From Candidatus Margulisiibacteriota bacterium (lineage in GTDB: Bacteria; Margulisbacteria; WOR-1; O2-12-FULL-45-9; XYB2-FULL-48-7), in contig JBAZZV010000002.1 in the NCBI GenBank assembly GCA_041658645.1, positions 107,907-171,906 of the forward strand: a stretch of DNA of 64,000 nucleotides, in the 5' to 3' direction. Below the pieces are notes generated by a model. The model was not told the DNA's origin and ran no database searches. It saw only the letters and a list, made by a program, of their open reading frames with translations. Below are positions 10,367 to 19,690 of this stretch, piece after piece. The stretch's first letter is position 1. Each line of letters starts with the position of its first letter. A program made the position numbers and the translations under genes.

Positions 10367-11305
10367 TTAGCTCCCGCACAGTTCCAGGAGCATTATTTCA
10401 AAAAGCATCGCCTGGTGTTCGCCGCTCTTCAGCTTGAGGTTGGTGGCCAGCAACTTAGACATGATCCCCTTTAACTCTTCCAGATTAAAACGGCCCAAAT
10501 TCTCGAGGCAGCGCTTGACGAAAAACGGACTGGCCGCGATCCCCTGGCCCGGCGCCCCGCCCGCCGGCTGGGCCTTAAGCTGGAGCATGATCCGGTACTG
10601 CCAGGCCAGCAAGCCGAGCAGTTGGAAGAGGTCTTCGCGATTGCGGAGCAGGAGTTGGAAGATATCCAGCGCCCGCCGGGCATTTTTCGCCCGCAGCGCG
10701 TCGAGCAGGGCAAAAGCATTGACCTCACCAGGCGAGGCGAGCTTTTCAACATCGTCCTCATTGATCTCCGTCCGCTCGCCAACGTAGGTCACGATCTTTT
10801 CGATCTCGTTATCCAGAGACCGGAGGCTGGAACCGGAGATTTCTTGTAATATCCGCGCCGCCCCGTCCGACATCACCTTGCCGCGCCCTTGCGTCCGCTC
10901 CTTGAGCCAAGCGATCAGCTCCCGCCCCTGCCAAGGGGCAAAAGAGCGGAACTCGCGGCACTCGGCATGTTCAGCCAGCCATTTAAAAAGTTTCGTCCGC
11001 TTATCGCTCTCCGGCCGGCGGAAAACGACCGTCACTCCAAGCGGGAGCCCCTGCAGGGCGGCGATGTATTGAGCCTGCTGTTCGGCCGGGACCTTGAAAC
11101 GGTCGATGATGACCAGGCGGTCGCCGCCCAGCAAGGTCTGGGTGCAAAGGGCGGCCGAAAAATTTTCGAGGGATAAATTGGCGCCATCCAGATGCTCGAG
11201 GTTGAAATCCGGCATGGTAACCTGTTTTTTCAGCAGAGCGACCTGCTCATCGATGAGCCAGTCCTCTTCGCCGTAGAAACAGTAGATCGCCACCTGCTTT
11301 TTCAT
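10367..11305 (-). CDS. holA: DNA polymerase III delta subunit
   Basis: 312 aa; size, position and N-terminal clamp-loader delta-like region; weaker than other calls. Confidence 0.65.
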   Translation of the reverse strand: MKKQVAIYCFYGEEDWLIDEQVALLKKQVTMPDFNLEHLDGANLSLENFSAALCTQTLLGGDRLVIIDRFKVPAEQQAQYIAALQGLPLGVTVVFRRPESDKRTKLFKWLAEHAECREFRSFAPWQGRELIAWLKERTQGRGKVMSDGAARILQEISGSSLRSLDNEIEKIVTYVGERTEINEDDVEKLASPGEVNAFALLDALRAKNARRALDIFQLLLRNREDLFQLLGLLAWQYRIMLQLKAQPAGGAPGQGIAASPFFVKRCLENLGRFNLEELKGIMSKLLATNLKLKSGEHQAMLFEIMLLELCGS

Positions 11306-11458
11306 GTTATAGGTTAACTGAACTCTCCCAGCTTGAATTTAATTTAAATTATATAGCAATTTGAATGGATTGTCATTTATCCCTAAAGGCAAGGATTTTG
11401 CTCCCATAGTTTTAATGCTAAAGTTGAAATTCAAGCGAGTTTGTATCGATAATAAATC

Positions 11459-12505
11459 ATGGTGACGTCCGCGATAAATAACAATATCTCCCTTTCCATC
11501 GGACCCTTGCCTGTTGCTCGCTTTTCTGCAGCAACAAAGAAAAAATTAGACACCGCTTTTTGGAATATGCGGTTGGAACAAGTACGCTCTTTTTTAAAAG
11601 AGGGAGGCTGGTCCGCTCTCTGTGAAAGACCACCTATTCTACTTGGTGAAGCGATCTCACGCATGAAAAAATCACCAACTGTTGGCAGAGTGGATCAAAT
11701 TGCAGACAGTAATGTTCTTGAAGCAATTCAGGAGGAACGGCATCAGATTTTGCGTTTGGGAAGGGAAATCAGTGTTTTTCGTTTTTTTGGAACTCAAACA
11801 TGGTTGCTGGTTGAGGGGGATGATGAAGGGGTTGATTTACCTGGACAGGGAGAATACAGTGATGTCGAAATACATAGCCATCCTTTTTCAGGCTATTGCT
11901 TGCCATCCATAGAAGATCTGACCAGTTGCGCCAACCTTTTTTTGCAGGGTCTGGGAATTAGCAGAAACTATATTCTTTCGCATGAAGGGATCGTTCAATA
12001 TGATATTAAAAATGCTATTCCTCATTTTGTTTGGCACTCTCCTTTTATTTTTTTCAATGACTGTTTGTTTGGGACAGATGATCCGCCACCCGAGCAAAAT
12101 GACTTCCGCTTGAAAACTTATCTCCAACACGGGATATCGATCCAGAGAATTGACTGGGACAGTTTTTGCCTGGAAGATTTAACCGACCAGAAAGAGGCGC
12201 ATTCTATTACAACGCTGCTTGCATCTTCCGGCCCGGCGGAGCGAGTAGCCGGAGTTAATCTTGTTGATGTTGTAAGCAATTATAATCATTATGGCGATTT
12301 TCAATTAGCGGTCAATATTTTGCTTGAATTCTCTTCTGACCCATCACATTTAGTGCAGCTAATAGCCTTGAGCAAAGTTAGCGATGCAGTCTATGCCATT
12401 GGAAGCAAAAGTGATATGGGACGCGTTATCAGTGCTTTTAAAGATTCCGAATTCGAAATTGTTAGAAAAAAAATAAAAGTATTAAAGTTAGAGTTGGGCC
12501 TTTAA
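11459..12505 (+). CDS. Hypothetical protein with JAMM/MPN-like HSHP(x8)SxxD motif; low-GC accessory gene
   Basis: 348 aa; VEIHSHPFSGYCLPSIEDL resembles JAB/RadC metal site with one extra spacer residue; AT-rich codon usage differs from neighbours. Confidence 0.4.
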   Translation: MVTSAINNNISLSIGPLPVARFSAATKKKLDTAFWNMRLEQVRSFLKEGGWSALCERPPILLGEAISRMKKSPTVGRVDQIADSNVLEAIQEERHQILRLGREISVFRFFGTQTWLLVEGDDEGVDLPGQGEYSDVEIHSHPFSGYCLPSIEDLTSCANLFLQGLGISRNYILSHEGIVQYDIKNAIPHFVWHSPFIFFNDCLFGTDDPPPEQNDFRLKTYLQHGISIQRIDWDSFCLEDLTDQKEAHSITTLLASSGPAERVAGVNLVDVVSNYNHYGDFQLAVNILLEFSSDPSHLVQLIALSKVSDAVYAIGSKSDMGRVISAFKDSEFEIVRKKIKVLKLELGL

Positions 12506-12566
12506 AACAAGAATGAACTCCTCAACACTGAAGACACCCAACCAAAAAAAGCCGACGGCCAGAATC

Positions 12567-12644
12567 TCCCGATGGACATTATAAATATAATAATAATGAA
12601 ATCATCGGGATCCCGGCATTCCATATTATATATTGTCGTCGGGA
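12567..12644. repeat. Double-hairpin repeat element, copy A, embedded in a T-loop of a tRNA-Thr-like remnant
   Basis: TCCCGATG...CATCGGGA and TCCCGGC...GTCGGGA inverted repeats with AT-rich loops; flanked by tcgccagTTC and GATtctggccgtcggcttttttt, matching the tRNA-Thr T-arm and acceptor 3' end. Confidence 0.6.
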
Positions 12645-12672
12645 GAACTGGCGATCAGTTGCCCCAATAAAA

Positions 12673-12745
12673 AGCCGACGGCCAGGATCGAACTGGCGAC
12701 CTGCTGTTTACGAAACAGCTGCTCTACCAACTGAGCTACGTCGGC
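12673..12745 (-). tRNA. tRNA-Thr (anticodon CGT)
   Basis: Cloverleaf read by eye: GCCGACG acceptor, GCTC/GAGC D-stem, anticodon loop TTCGTAA, T-loop TTCGATC. Confidence 0.85.
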
Positions 12746-12768
12746 CCAAACTGAGTCCCGATGCAAAA

Positions 12769-12841
12769 AGCCGGCGGAGGGGATCGAACCCACGACCTGT
12801 GGTTTACAAAACCACTGCTCTACCAACTGAGCTACACCGGC
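12769..12841 (-). tRNA. tRNA-Thr (anticodon TGT)
   Basis: Cloverleaf read by eye: GCCGGTG acceptor, anticodon loop TTTGTAA, T-loop TTCGATC. Confidence 0.85.
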
Positions 12842-12844
12842 GAC

Positions 12845-14344
12845 CTACCAACGGCTCATCAGTAAACGGGCGTTATCGTTGCCGGGCAAAACCTGGCGGG
12901 TATCAACATCGACCAGCCAGTCAAAGGTCTCGAGCGCGCCGCCGCTCTGTTCACAAACATATTTGACGACAGACTTTTCACCCTTTTTACGGATCTGCCA
13001 ACCTTTGGCCACGACCGGCGTGCCGAGCGATTTGGTCAGAGCGACGACCGACTTGATGGCCGATTCGAGGCGGGTCCCCTTGCTGGTCTTCTGGCCCAGG
13101 ACAATCTTCAGCGAATCATCCGCGACCAGGGCCGAGACTGCTGTCCGGCCTTGTCCCCTGGCAACCGGCCCCGTGACGGCTGGCTTGACGGCCGTCCCCG
13201 CTATTCTCTCTCGCCCGAGGAAAGAGTGCAGAGCAACGCTCTCCGGATCGTTCTTCAGCCCTTCTTTCCAGGCGTCACGCGCTTCTTCCCTGAGACCAAG
13301 GGAGCGCAAACTTTCACCCAGCCTGACATAGGCCTGGGTCAGGTCCGGCCGCAGATCGACCGCCTGGCGGTAATTGGCCACCGCATCGTGGTAGCGGCGG
13401 AAGCGGAATGAATAGTTCCCCTGATCATAAAATTTCTGGGCAATGTCGTTAGCCGTTTTCCGGCTCTCCATATCCCGGTCATCGAGGCGGAGTGATTCTC
13501 CCAGCGCCTCGCCGGCAGCCGACAGGTTATTCTGGGCCAGGTAGGTCTTGGCCAGCCAGAGATGAGCTTTAGCCTGGCGGGCATCGACGTTAACCACGTT
13601 CTTGAAGTGTTTGACGGCGGCCGCGTAATTCTGGCCGTTGTAGGCCTGGCAGCCGAGCCGGAAAAGATCTTCGGTCGGCTCTTTGACGTTGGCCGAGGAG
13701 ACCCAGCCTTCCTTACCGTCGTCAAAGACGACCTTATACCACAGCATCTTGGAGAGCGCGGTCAGGACCTGTCCCTGGTAAAGGACCCGTCGTGAGTCGC
13801 TGGAGACCGCCGAGCAGGTGGCAACCACGGTCAGCGGCCAGCCAGCATTGTCAAAAGCTTCTCCCTGGGAAACATTACTTGCCTTTGATGCGGTCGCTGA
13901 CGGCCGTTCCACGAAAAACTCGACCGTCCGCTGGATGGCACCGCGTTCACCAGCGATCTGATAGCGCACCACGTGGACACCCGCGCCAACCCTGGCCGGC
14001 AGCTTATAGGCACTGCTCCAAGCGACGCCATCCTTGCTGGAAAGCTCGATCCGCTCCGAGCTAAAATCAAAGAGCGCCTTGACCGATTTGACCTGGTTGG
14101 CCGTCCTGACGCCGAGCGAAATGACCCGTTCTTCCCTAACCGTCTTGGGATAGACCAGCGCTTCGACCCAAACCAGCGAGAGCCCCTCACCCGGCTGGGT
14201 CGGACCCGCCTTGAGGCTCATGTTCTCCCGGTCAATTACCGCATCGGCCGCCCAGACCCTGCCTGCCGGCAGGCAGGCGAATCCGGCCAGCAACATGATA
14301 ACCGCCGGCAAAACTAAGCTTCTTTTCATTTTTTTCCTCCTCAT
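12845..14344 (-). CDS. Secreted TPR-repeat protein
   Basis: 499 aa; signal peptide; several TPR-like AxxYxxA/LG repeats in the C-terminal half. Confidence 0.5.
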   Translation of the reverse strand: MRRKKMKRSLVLPAVIMLLAGFACLPAGRVWAADAVIDRENMSLKAGPTQPGEGLSLVWVEALVYPKTVREERVISLGVRTANQVKSVKALFDFSSERIELSSKDGVAWSSAYKLPARVGAGVHVVRYQIAGERGAIQRTVEFFVERPSATASKASNVSQGEAFDNAGWPLTVVATCSAVSSDSRRVLYQGQVLTALSKMLWYKVVFDDGKEGWVSSANVKEPTEDLFRLGCQAYNGQNYAAAVKHFKNVVNVDARQAKAHLWLAKTYLAQNNLSAAGEALGESLRLDDRDMESRKTANDIAQKFYDQGNYSFRFRRYHDAVANYRQAVDLRPDLTQAYVRLGESLRSLGLREEARDAWKEGLKNDPESVALHSFLGRERIAGTAVKPAVTGPVARGQGRTAVSALVADDSLKIVLGQKTSKGTRLESAIKSVVALTKSLGTPVVAKGWQIRKKGEKSVVKYVCEQSGGALETFDWLVDVDTRQVLPGNDNARLLMSRW

Positions 14345-14985
14345 CAGTATGTCAGCAGCAGGTTGTCAAGCGCCACCTCGACCTCGCCCTGCGGTTTATC
14401 CGTTAATAAGGTCAACTGGATCTTGAGCAAGCCGCCCGAACCGTCCTTATGGTCGGGGTTCCAGACCCCATCCCCATGGCCGGGATTGTCCAGCCGAAAG
14501 GCCGAGAACGGAATGGAGATCCTGGTCCAACCCGGACCGAGGATTGGTACCTCGGCGACCCACTTATCATCACTCGTCGCCAGCCAATCGCGCGCCGGGT
14601 CCTGTTCCAGCACCAGGTTGCCGTTATCGTCATCAAAGAGCTCGATCTTGATCCTCCCGGCGTGGCCGTTACCGTAAGCGTCCATCTGCAGCCGGGTGAA
14701 CGGCGTCCCGTCAGCAAAGATATCGGTGCCAATGCCGCCGGCAAACCAGTTGGTCGCCCGCCCTTTCAGCTGGAGCGAGTAGTCGCCGCATGATTCGGCA
14801 ATGACGTCCCGGACCGTTCCTTCGAGCGAAGGGTTTTTGTCAACCAGTAATTTGACCTCGCCGAACTTATACCACTTGTCCGGTTTACCGGACTCGAAAT
14901 TGTCGATCAAATAAAAAGAGAACTCGGCCCGAGCCACCACCAGCAAGCCCAGACAGAATAAAGAGACTAAGAGAATTCGCTTCAT
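14344..14985 (-). CDS. Secreted hypothetical protein
   Basis: 213 aa with N-terminal signal peptide; no recognisable motif. Confidence 0.4.
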   Translation of the reverse strand: MKRILLVSLFCLGLLVVARAEFSFYLIDNFESGKPDKWYKFGEVKLLVDKNPSLEGTVRDVIAESCGDYSLQLKGRATNWFAGGIGTDIFADGTPFTRLQMDAYGNGHAGRIKIELFDDDNGNLVLEQDPARDWLATSDDKWVAEVPILGPGWTRISIPFSAFRLDNPGHGDGVWNPDHKDGSGGLLKIQLTLLTDKPQGEVEVALDNLLLTY

Positions 14986-15521
14986 TTTGTTTTGCGCGAA
15001 ACTCTGCCTGGTTTTCGGACTACCCCCTTTATGATTTTTCCGCCTGAGGCGGAATTTTTAGGCGCGGCCGGCTTGGCCCGCCCCTTCGCCTTGACCAACG
15101 GGACAGAAGCTTTCAAGACCAGCTCCTCTTTTTGCGCCCGGAGCTTTTCACATTCTTTGCTTAAGACCAGATTGCTTTTTTCCAGGACATCGCGGGTCTG
15201 TTTCAGGTCGTTCAGGCAGCCGTTGACCCCCTGGACTTGGCCGGAGAGTTCGGTATTCTGCAGTGAGAGCTGCTGGTTATCGATCTTGAGCTGGTCGACG
15301 ATGAAAGCCAGCTTCTCGAGCTTCTCTTCCTGGCCCCGGTCGGCCAAGACAGGGGCCGGGCCAATGACCGAAGACAAACCTCGGCTCCGCCGGCGCCAGG
15401 CCAGCGACATCGCGGCCGCCAGGCAAGCGACCAGGCCGACCGCCAGGAAAAACGGGTTAAGGTGTACGGCTGGCGCGGCGTTGGTCGTGCCGGCTAAAAC
15501 CTGGGTCAAGCTTGGGTTCAT
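14982..15521 (-). CDS. Membrane-anchored coiled-coil protein (start trimmed to MNPSLTQ; longer ORF is tRNA-Phe antisense)
   Basis: TM helix followed by a long coiled-coil (QLKIDNQQLSLQNTELSGQ...) and a basic tail. Confidence 0.4.
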   Translation of the reverse strand: MNPSLTQVLAGTTNAAPAVHLNPFFLAVGLVACLAAAMSLAWRRRSRGLSSVIGPAPVLADRGQEEKLEKLAFIVDQLKIDNQQLSLQNTELSGQVQGVNGCLNDLKQTRDVLEKSNLVLSKECEKLRAQKEELVLKASVPLVKAKGRAKPAAPKNSASGGKIIKGVVRKPGRVSRKTK

Positions 15522-15574
15522 CTTTTTCTCCTTCCCTCTGATCTCCAGTATAAGGTAAGCCAGCTGGCAAAAAA

Positions 15575-15647
15575 TGGCGCAGGCCGGAATTGAACCGGCG
15601 ACGCCTGCCTTTTCAGGGCAGCGCTCTACCAACTGAGCTACCGCGCC
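15575..15647 (-). tRNA. tRNA-Phe (anticodon GAA)
   Basis: GGCGCGG acceptor, anticodon loop CTGAAAA, T-loop TTCAATT. Confidence 0.85.
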
Positions 15648-15653
15648 ATTTTT

Positions 15654-15726
15654 TGACCCGCGTGCGACTCGAACGCACCACCACTTGCTTAAAAGGCAAG
15701 TGCTCTACCTGATGAGCTAGCGGGTC
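15654..15726 (-). tRNA. tRNA-Lys (anticodon TTT)
   Basis: GACCCGC acceptor, anticodon loop CTTTTAA, T-loop TTCGAGT. Confidence 0.85.
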
Positions 15727-15767
15727 GCGCTGACTTTATTATAACATAAACGGGCCCGGCCGGATTT

Positions 15768-15852
15768 TCCCGACGGACATTATTAATTTAAAATAATGGA
15801 AACGTCGGGATCCCGCCGCTCCGCTATATTAAATATAATAGTGAGGGCGGGA
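15768..15852. repeat. Double-hairpin repeat element, copy B; left boundary of AT-rich island
   Basis: TCCCGACG..CGTCGGGA | TCCCGCCG..GGCGGGA; flanked by tRNA-Asp-like fragments (cgtgacaggc anticodon segment; aaatccggccgggcccg T-loop/acceptor-like). Confidence 0.6.
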
Positions 15853-16025
15853 GAACACTCAGCATCTATCGTGACAGGCGACTCAAACCCCTCTTGAAAT
15901 AAGTGTATCACGAAGGATAACCCTGTTTCAAGGTGGTTTGAAATGGCTTTAAAGCAGTTTGATTGTGTTTGTTAAAAGATTGTTTGAAGGATATTAAGAA
16001 ATTAATAATTATGCTTGAATAGGGC

Positions 16026-16793
16026 CTAACGGCCCATCTCTCTTTCGAAGCAAGCATCGCAGGGCGAGTCTTGTTTTTCCGCTTTGTCTTCTTTCATAAT
16101 GGCATACTTTGTGCCACATCTAGGGCATTCCAAGACAGTTGCCTTCTGATGACAAAAATAACAATCAGCCTCATCTACCTTACTATCCAGATTAACTAAA
16201 ATTGTTTCATTCAAACAATATGGGCATTCAAGCTCTGTATAGGATGAGCCTTCTTTCCCATAGGGCGTATCGTCCCCCATTCTCGACTTAGCTTTTTTGT
16301 CTCTTTCCTCATAAGAAAACACTAACTCTTCGATTTTCTTCCAGTCCGCATCGCTAACCTGGTCTTCTATTTCCACGCCCAGTTTCTCGCTTGAAAACAC
16401 ACAGATATAATTCAACGCCTTCCCCAATATCCACTCGGCATCTTCCTTGCTTAGATGCACCTCATAATGTTGTATGTTATTTCTTTCGATTCTCAGGAAT
16501 TTCAATTGATCTGCTTTGTCGTCATCTGTTAAATCGCATTCCCTCAAACGATTAAGTAGCTCTTTATAATCTACTGTGTGCGAGCCCGTGTGCACCGGTT
16601 TCTTATCCGTATAAATTAATTCCGGACTTATTCTACGAAGAGATTCCTTAAGGAGGAGCTCGACCCCCTGATAAACACTAAGGATGGCTTGCTTATAGTC
16701 AGATTCCGCGAAATGCTTAACGCCATGATTAATTGAGTCAACGCCATTCTCAAACAAATTAAGTTTTAACATACTTAGCAACCTATCAGACAA
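16026..16793 (-). CDS. Hypothetical protein with two C-terminal Zn-ribbons (CPYC..CYFC, CPRC..CDAC) and a possible HEPN-like Rx4H (RNNIQH)
   Basis: 255 aa; four CxxC pairs; AT-rich island gene. Confidence 0.4.
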   Translation of the reverse strand: MSDRLLSMLKLNLFENGVDSINHGVKHFAESDYKQAILSVYQGVELLLKESLRRISPELIYTDKKPVHTGSHTVDYKELLNRLRECDLTDDDKADQLKFLRIERNNIQHYEVHLSKEDAEWILGKALNYICVFSSEKLGVEIEDQVSDADWKKIEELVFSYEERDKKAKSRMGDDTPYGKEGSSYTELECPYCLNETILVNLDSKVDEADCYFCHQKATVLECPRCGTKYAIMKEDKAEKQDSPCDACFEREMGR

Positions 16794-16821
16794 TATTTTT
16801 GAGCGCTAAACCATACCTATT

Positions 16822-17037
16822 TTAATAAATCCTTTTTGCACCTTTTTTACCTGTATATGGATTAACATTCCCCTTTGTTGGCCAATTATCAATCTTAGTT
16901 CTATTTGGGAATGTCTTATAATGAGGAGCAATATAAGTCCCGCTCTTTTTAATATGCCCGCTAACACGGACACTTTTTGCAAATGAAGTAAAAGCCAAAA
17001 GAGAACAAATCAAAGCCATTAATACAAGCTTTTTCAT
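16822..17037 (-). CDS. Small secreted protein
   Basis: 71 aa; signal peptide followed by a basic Gly/Lys-rich mature peptide (NPYTGKKG). Confidence 0.35.
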   Translation of the reverse strand: MKKLVLMALICSLLAFTSFAKSVRVSGHIKKSGTYIAPHYKTFPNRTKIDNWPTKGNVNPYTGKKGAKRIY

Positions 17038-17051
17038 TCTATGTCTTCCTC

Positions 17052-17357
17052 CTATTTATTCGGGGCTATGGGCTTTATTATAAACAGAGATACAAAGAAT
17101 ATGACCACTGATATGAAATCAATAATAACCCATAACTCTTTATCTAAATATATTGGAAATATAGGATTAAACAATATAGCGAGAAGAGCAAACATCCAAA
17201 CAAAAACCCTCTTTTGTTGTTCATAAGATAAATAAGTATTATAAGCCGATGCTCCACAAATAAACCACCTTAAAAGGATATAATATCCGTATGGCATGCC
17301 TACCGGGACTGCAACTAATAACATAATTATAGCTAATATTGGCACTAAATAGTTCAT
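17052..17357 (-). CDS. Small integral membrane protein
   Basis: 101 aa, 3 predicted TM helices. Confidence 0.35.
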   Translation of the reverse strand: MNYLVPILAIIMLLVAVPVGMPYGYYILLRWFICGASAYNTYLSYEQQKRVFVWMFALLAILFNPIFPIYLDKELWVIIDFISVVIFFVSLFIIKPIAPNK

Positions 17358-17372
17358 TGGTCCCCTCCTTAC

Positions 17373-18218
17373 CTACTTGTTCCCCTCATTGCGAGACCCG
17401 CTATTGTTGGAAACCTTATTTAAAAGATAAATAAATATTCCAGACATAGCTATTCCACCCCACAAAGCTATGTCTTGTCTGTAAGAATGATAGTTCTCAT
17501 CGCTATAATAACCCCAATCATTAGGAAGAAAGAATAGCACTCGCTCAAGTCCAAACATAAACAATATAGTTAAGCCAATCCCGCATCCAACGATCAAAGC
17601 ATACTCGTTTAGATATTTGATTCCAAATAAAGGAATGCTAACCAGATCCCTCCCAACTAATTTATAAAATATATAAAGAATTGTCGACAAAAACAAATAA
17701 GCAACGAGAAGGACTAAATAGGTTCCAAGACATAACGACCCAAATAAGGTCTCTTTCCATAACATTAATGTAATAATAGGAATAGCAAGCAATACGAGTA
17801 TGGCAACCACTTCAAGTCTTTCTGATGCATTTTTGCCCATAATATATTTATCCATGAACCAAAAACACCAAAGAACGACGAAGAAGATAATATAACTAAT
17901 AGATACGGCCAATAAACCAATCGAAATAGCTAAGTCAGGGATTACGAAGACAAGGACAAGAAATACAACTGAGAGCGTAGTTCCCAATAATTTAAATAAC
18001 GGTATTTTCCAGTTTTCCACCCTTCCGCCCCAGGGCCACTGCCACAGCAACATATTAAAATATGGGAGGAAAGAGATTGCAGCAAGATTCTTATAAAAGC
18101 TCCCTTCAGTATAAGCCGCGACAACGCTACCCCCAAGCCCACCAACAAAAAATACAATTACTACAACCGATCGAATCAGTTCTTCAATATGGGAGATTAA
18201 GCTATTTTTGCTATTCAC
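17373..18218 (-). CDS. Integral membrane protein
   Basis: 281 aa, 7-8 TM helices, low GC. Confidence 0.4.
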   Translation of the reverse strand: MNSKNSLISHIEELIRSVVVIVFFVGGLGGSVVAAYTEGSFYKNLAAISFLPYFNMLLWQWPWGGRVENWKIPLFKLLGTTLSVVFLVLVFVIPDLAISIGLLAVSISYIIFFVVLWCFWFMDKYIMGKNASERLEVVAILVLLAIPIITLMLWKETLFGSLCLGTYLVLLVAYLFLSTILYIFYKLVGRDLVSIPLFGIKYLNEYALIVGCGIGLTILFMFGLERVLFFLPNDWGYYSDENYHSYRQDIALWGGIAMSGIFIYLLNKVSNNSGSRNEGNK

Positions 18219-18363
18219 TTATGGTTCCCCCTTCATGCACAAAAATGGCCCTATGCTACATAAATTATATGCCACTCTTGATAGGATTATACTATTCTAG
18301 TAATTCATACGCTACCTACCGATCTCGATAGGCATACTATGCGGATGGGCCATTCAAAATAAA

Positions 18364-18378
18364 TTGTTAGAAAACAGA
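18364..18378. promoter_or_regulatory. 15 nt motif TTGTTAGAAAACAGA, copy 1 (second copy 19691-19705)
   Basis: Exact 15-mer repeated in two intergenic regions of the island. Confidence 0.3.
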
Positions 18379-18487
18379 AATAAAAGAAGAAATGCCTTGA
18401 ATTTTCATTGCTCCATATCTATAATTCCAACATACTTGTTTTTGAAGAATTGGGAAAATGAATATTTATACAAAGGGAGTCTGAGAA

Positions 18488-18751
18488 ATGTTTTACAGTC
18501 TACACATATCATTTGGCGATGGGCATAAAGGGACATCAATAATCCTGCCCGATAAAGAAGTAGAGAGGATAAATGAACTCAGGCGAATTGCTAAAGAGAT
18601 CGAAATCCTCAGCGAAACGGGCTGGAAACATACTGAACCAATCGAACAAATACATATAAACGAGAATCAAACTCGTTGGGAAGTCATTCCAATAAGCCCC
18701 AATGAACTATCAATACTTAAAAAGAAAGTCGGAATAATCCTGAGTTCCTAG
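18488..18751 (+). CDS. Hypothetical small protein
   Basis: 87 aa ORF; only plus-strand ORF in the island. Confidence 0.3.
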   Translation: MFYSLHISFGDGHKGTSIILPDKEVERINELRRIAKEIEILSETGWKHTEPIEQIHINENQTRWEVIPISPNELSILKKKVGIILSS

Positions 18752-18769
18752 CATTCCCCCGATTGAGTG

Positions 18770-19489
18770 CTACCAAGTTGTATTATATAGGGATATTTTT
18801 ATAGTGTTATCTTCAAGTTGATTAAATGATGATATGCCATATTTAATTTTCAATTTTTTATTCTGATCGTCCGCGTCTGCGTATGCATCATAAGTCCAAT
18901 AAAACCAATTGGCAATATAAACTAATGCCCAAGTTCCGCTCGAATTATTAGTGCTGGTGCCGTAATAATTATAGGATTTTGCAGTCATCCCACTGTATGA
19001 AGCAATAGCAATAACCCAAGATCCTATTGCTTTCGGCCAATTCCCATTGACAACTTGACCACCCCCAATAATCAGAAAAGAAAGTAGCGCGGATATCCCC
19101 GGGTCTTTCTTTTCTGAGCTATATAAACTTAAATTTGACAACATTCTGTCGGAACTGCCCGAATAATATTGATTAGTTGATGGGGAATAGTTCTCATCAT
19201 CAACCATTATTGTCGTTAGCTCTCCGGATTTAATTACGACTAGCTTTTCATATTTGGTCTTCAGTGATTTTGTTTCAACAGCCCTAATTGAATGGGACCC
19301 AGCAACAACTTCTTCGAGAAAAAGAGGGGTTTCTCCTGACTTTTCTTCATCTACAAACACGTAGCATGCTGGCCCCTTAGATAACACCTTTAATTGCCCA
19401 TATTGCATATCCAGTGCTAAAGCTGCGCCTGAAAAGATTATATTTAAAGCTAATATTATAAGGACAAAAAGACAAATTGTTTTTTTCAT
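18770..19489 (-). CDS. Secreted/membrane hypothetical protein (start set at MKKTICLF signal peptide)
   Basis: Signal peptide, beta-rich N-domain, two C-terminal TM segments. Confidence 0.4.
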   Translation of the reverse strand: MKKTICLFVLIILALNIIFSGAALALDMQYGQLKVLSKGPACYVFVDEEKSGETPLFLEEVVAGSHSIRAVETKSLKTKYEKLVVIKSGELTTIMVDDENYSPSTNQYYSGSSDRMLSNLSLYSSEKKDPGISALLSFLIIGGGQVVNGNWPKAIGSWVIAIASYSGMTAKSYNYYGTSTNNSSGTWALVYIANWFYWTYDAYADADDQNKKLKIKYGISSFNQLEDNTIKISLYNTTW

Positions 19490-19690
19490 ATTGGCACCTC
19501 CTAATAAATACCACCAACTCACTCAACTACATCCTGATTATACTTCAATAGAAAGCCTGGTCAAGTTTATTATTTATCCTCTTTCTCCCCATCCTTTGCC
19601 ACGCATTTTTGCCCTTACGTTTTCCCTGTCTCTGTTTAAACCAACAAGCTTTCCCCAGCAAACAACTATTCTAAATTAATTGTTAGAAGA

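Noticed and set aside
11306-11458. Searched for a fourth copy of the double-hairpin element at the left edge of the 11.4-12.5 kb low-GC gene
   Set aside because: No TCCCGNCG inverted repeats or tRNA-like fragments are present. Copy A appears solitary.
12626-12826. 66 aa ORF on the minus strand
   Set aside because: It is the antisense/sense translation of the two tRNA-Thr genes, not a protein gene.
15522-15632. N-terminal extension (MVERCPEKAG...) of the ORF at 14982-15632
   Set aside because: The extension is a translation across tRNA-Phe. The real start is the internal Met (MNPSLTQ).
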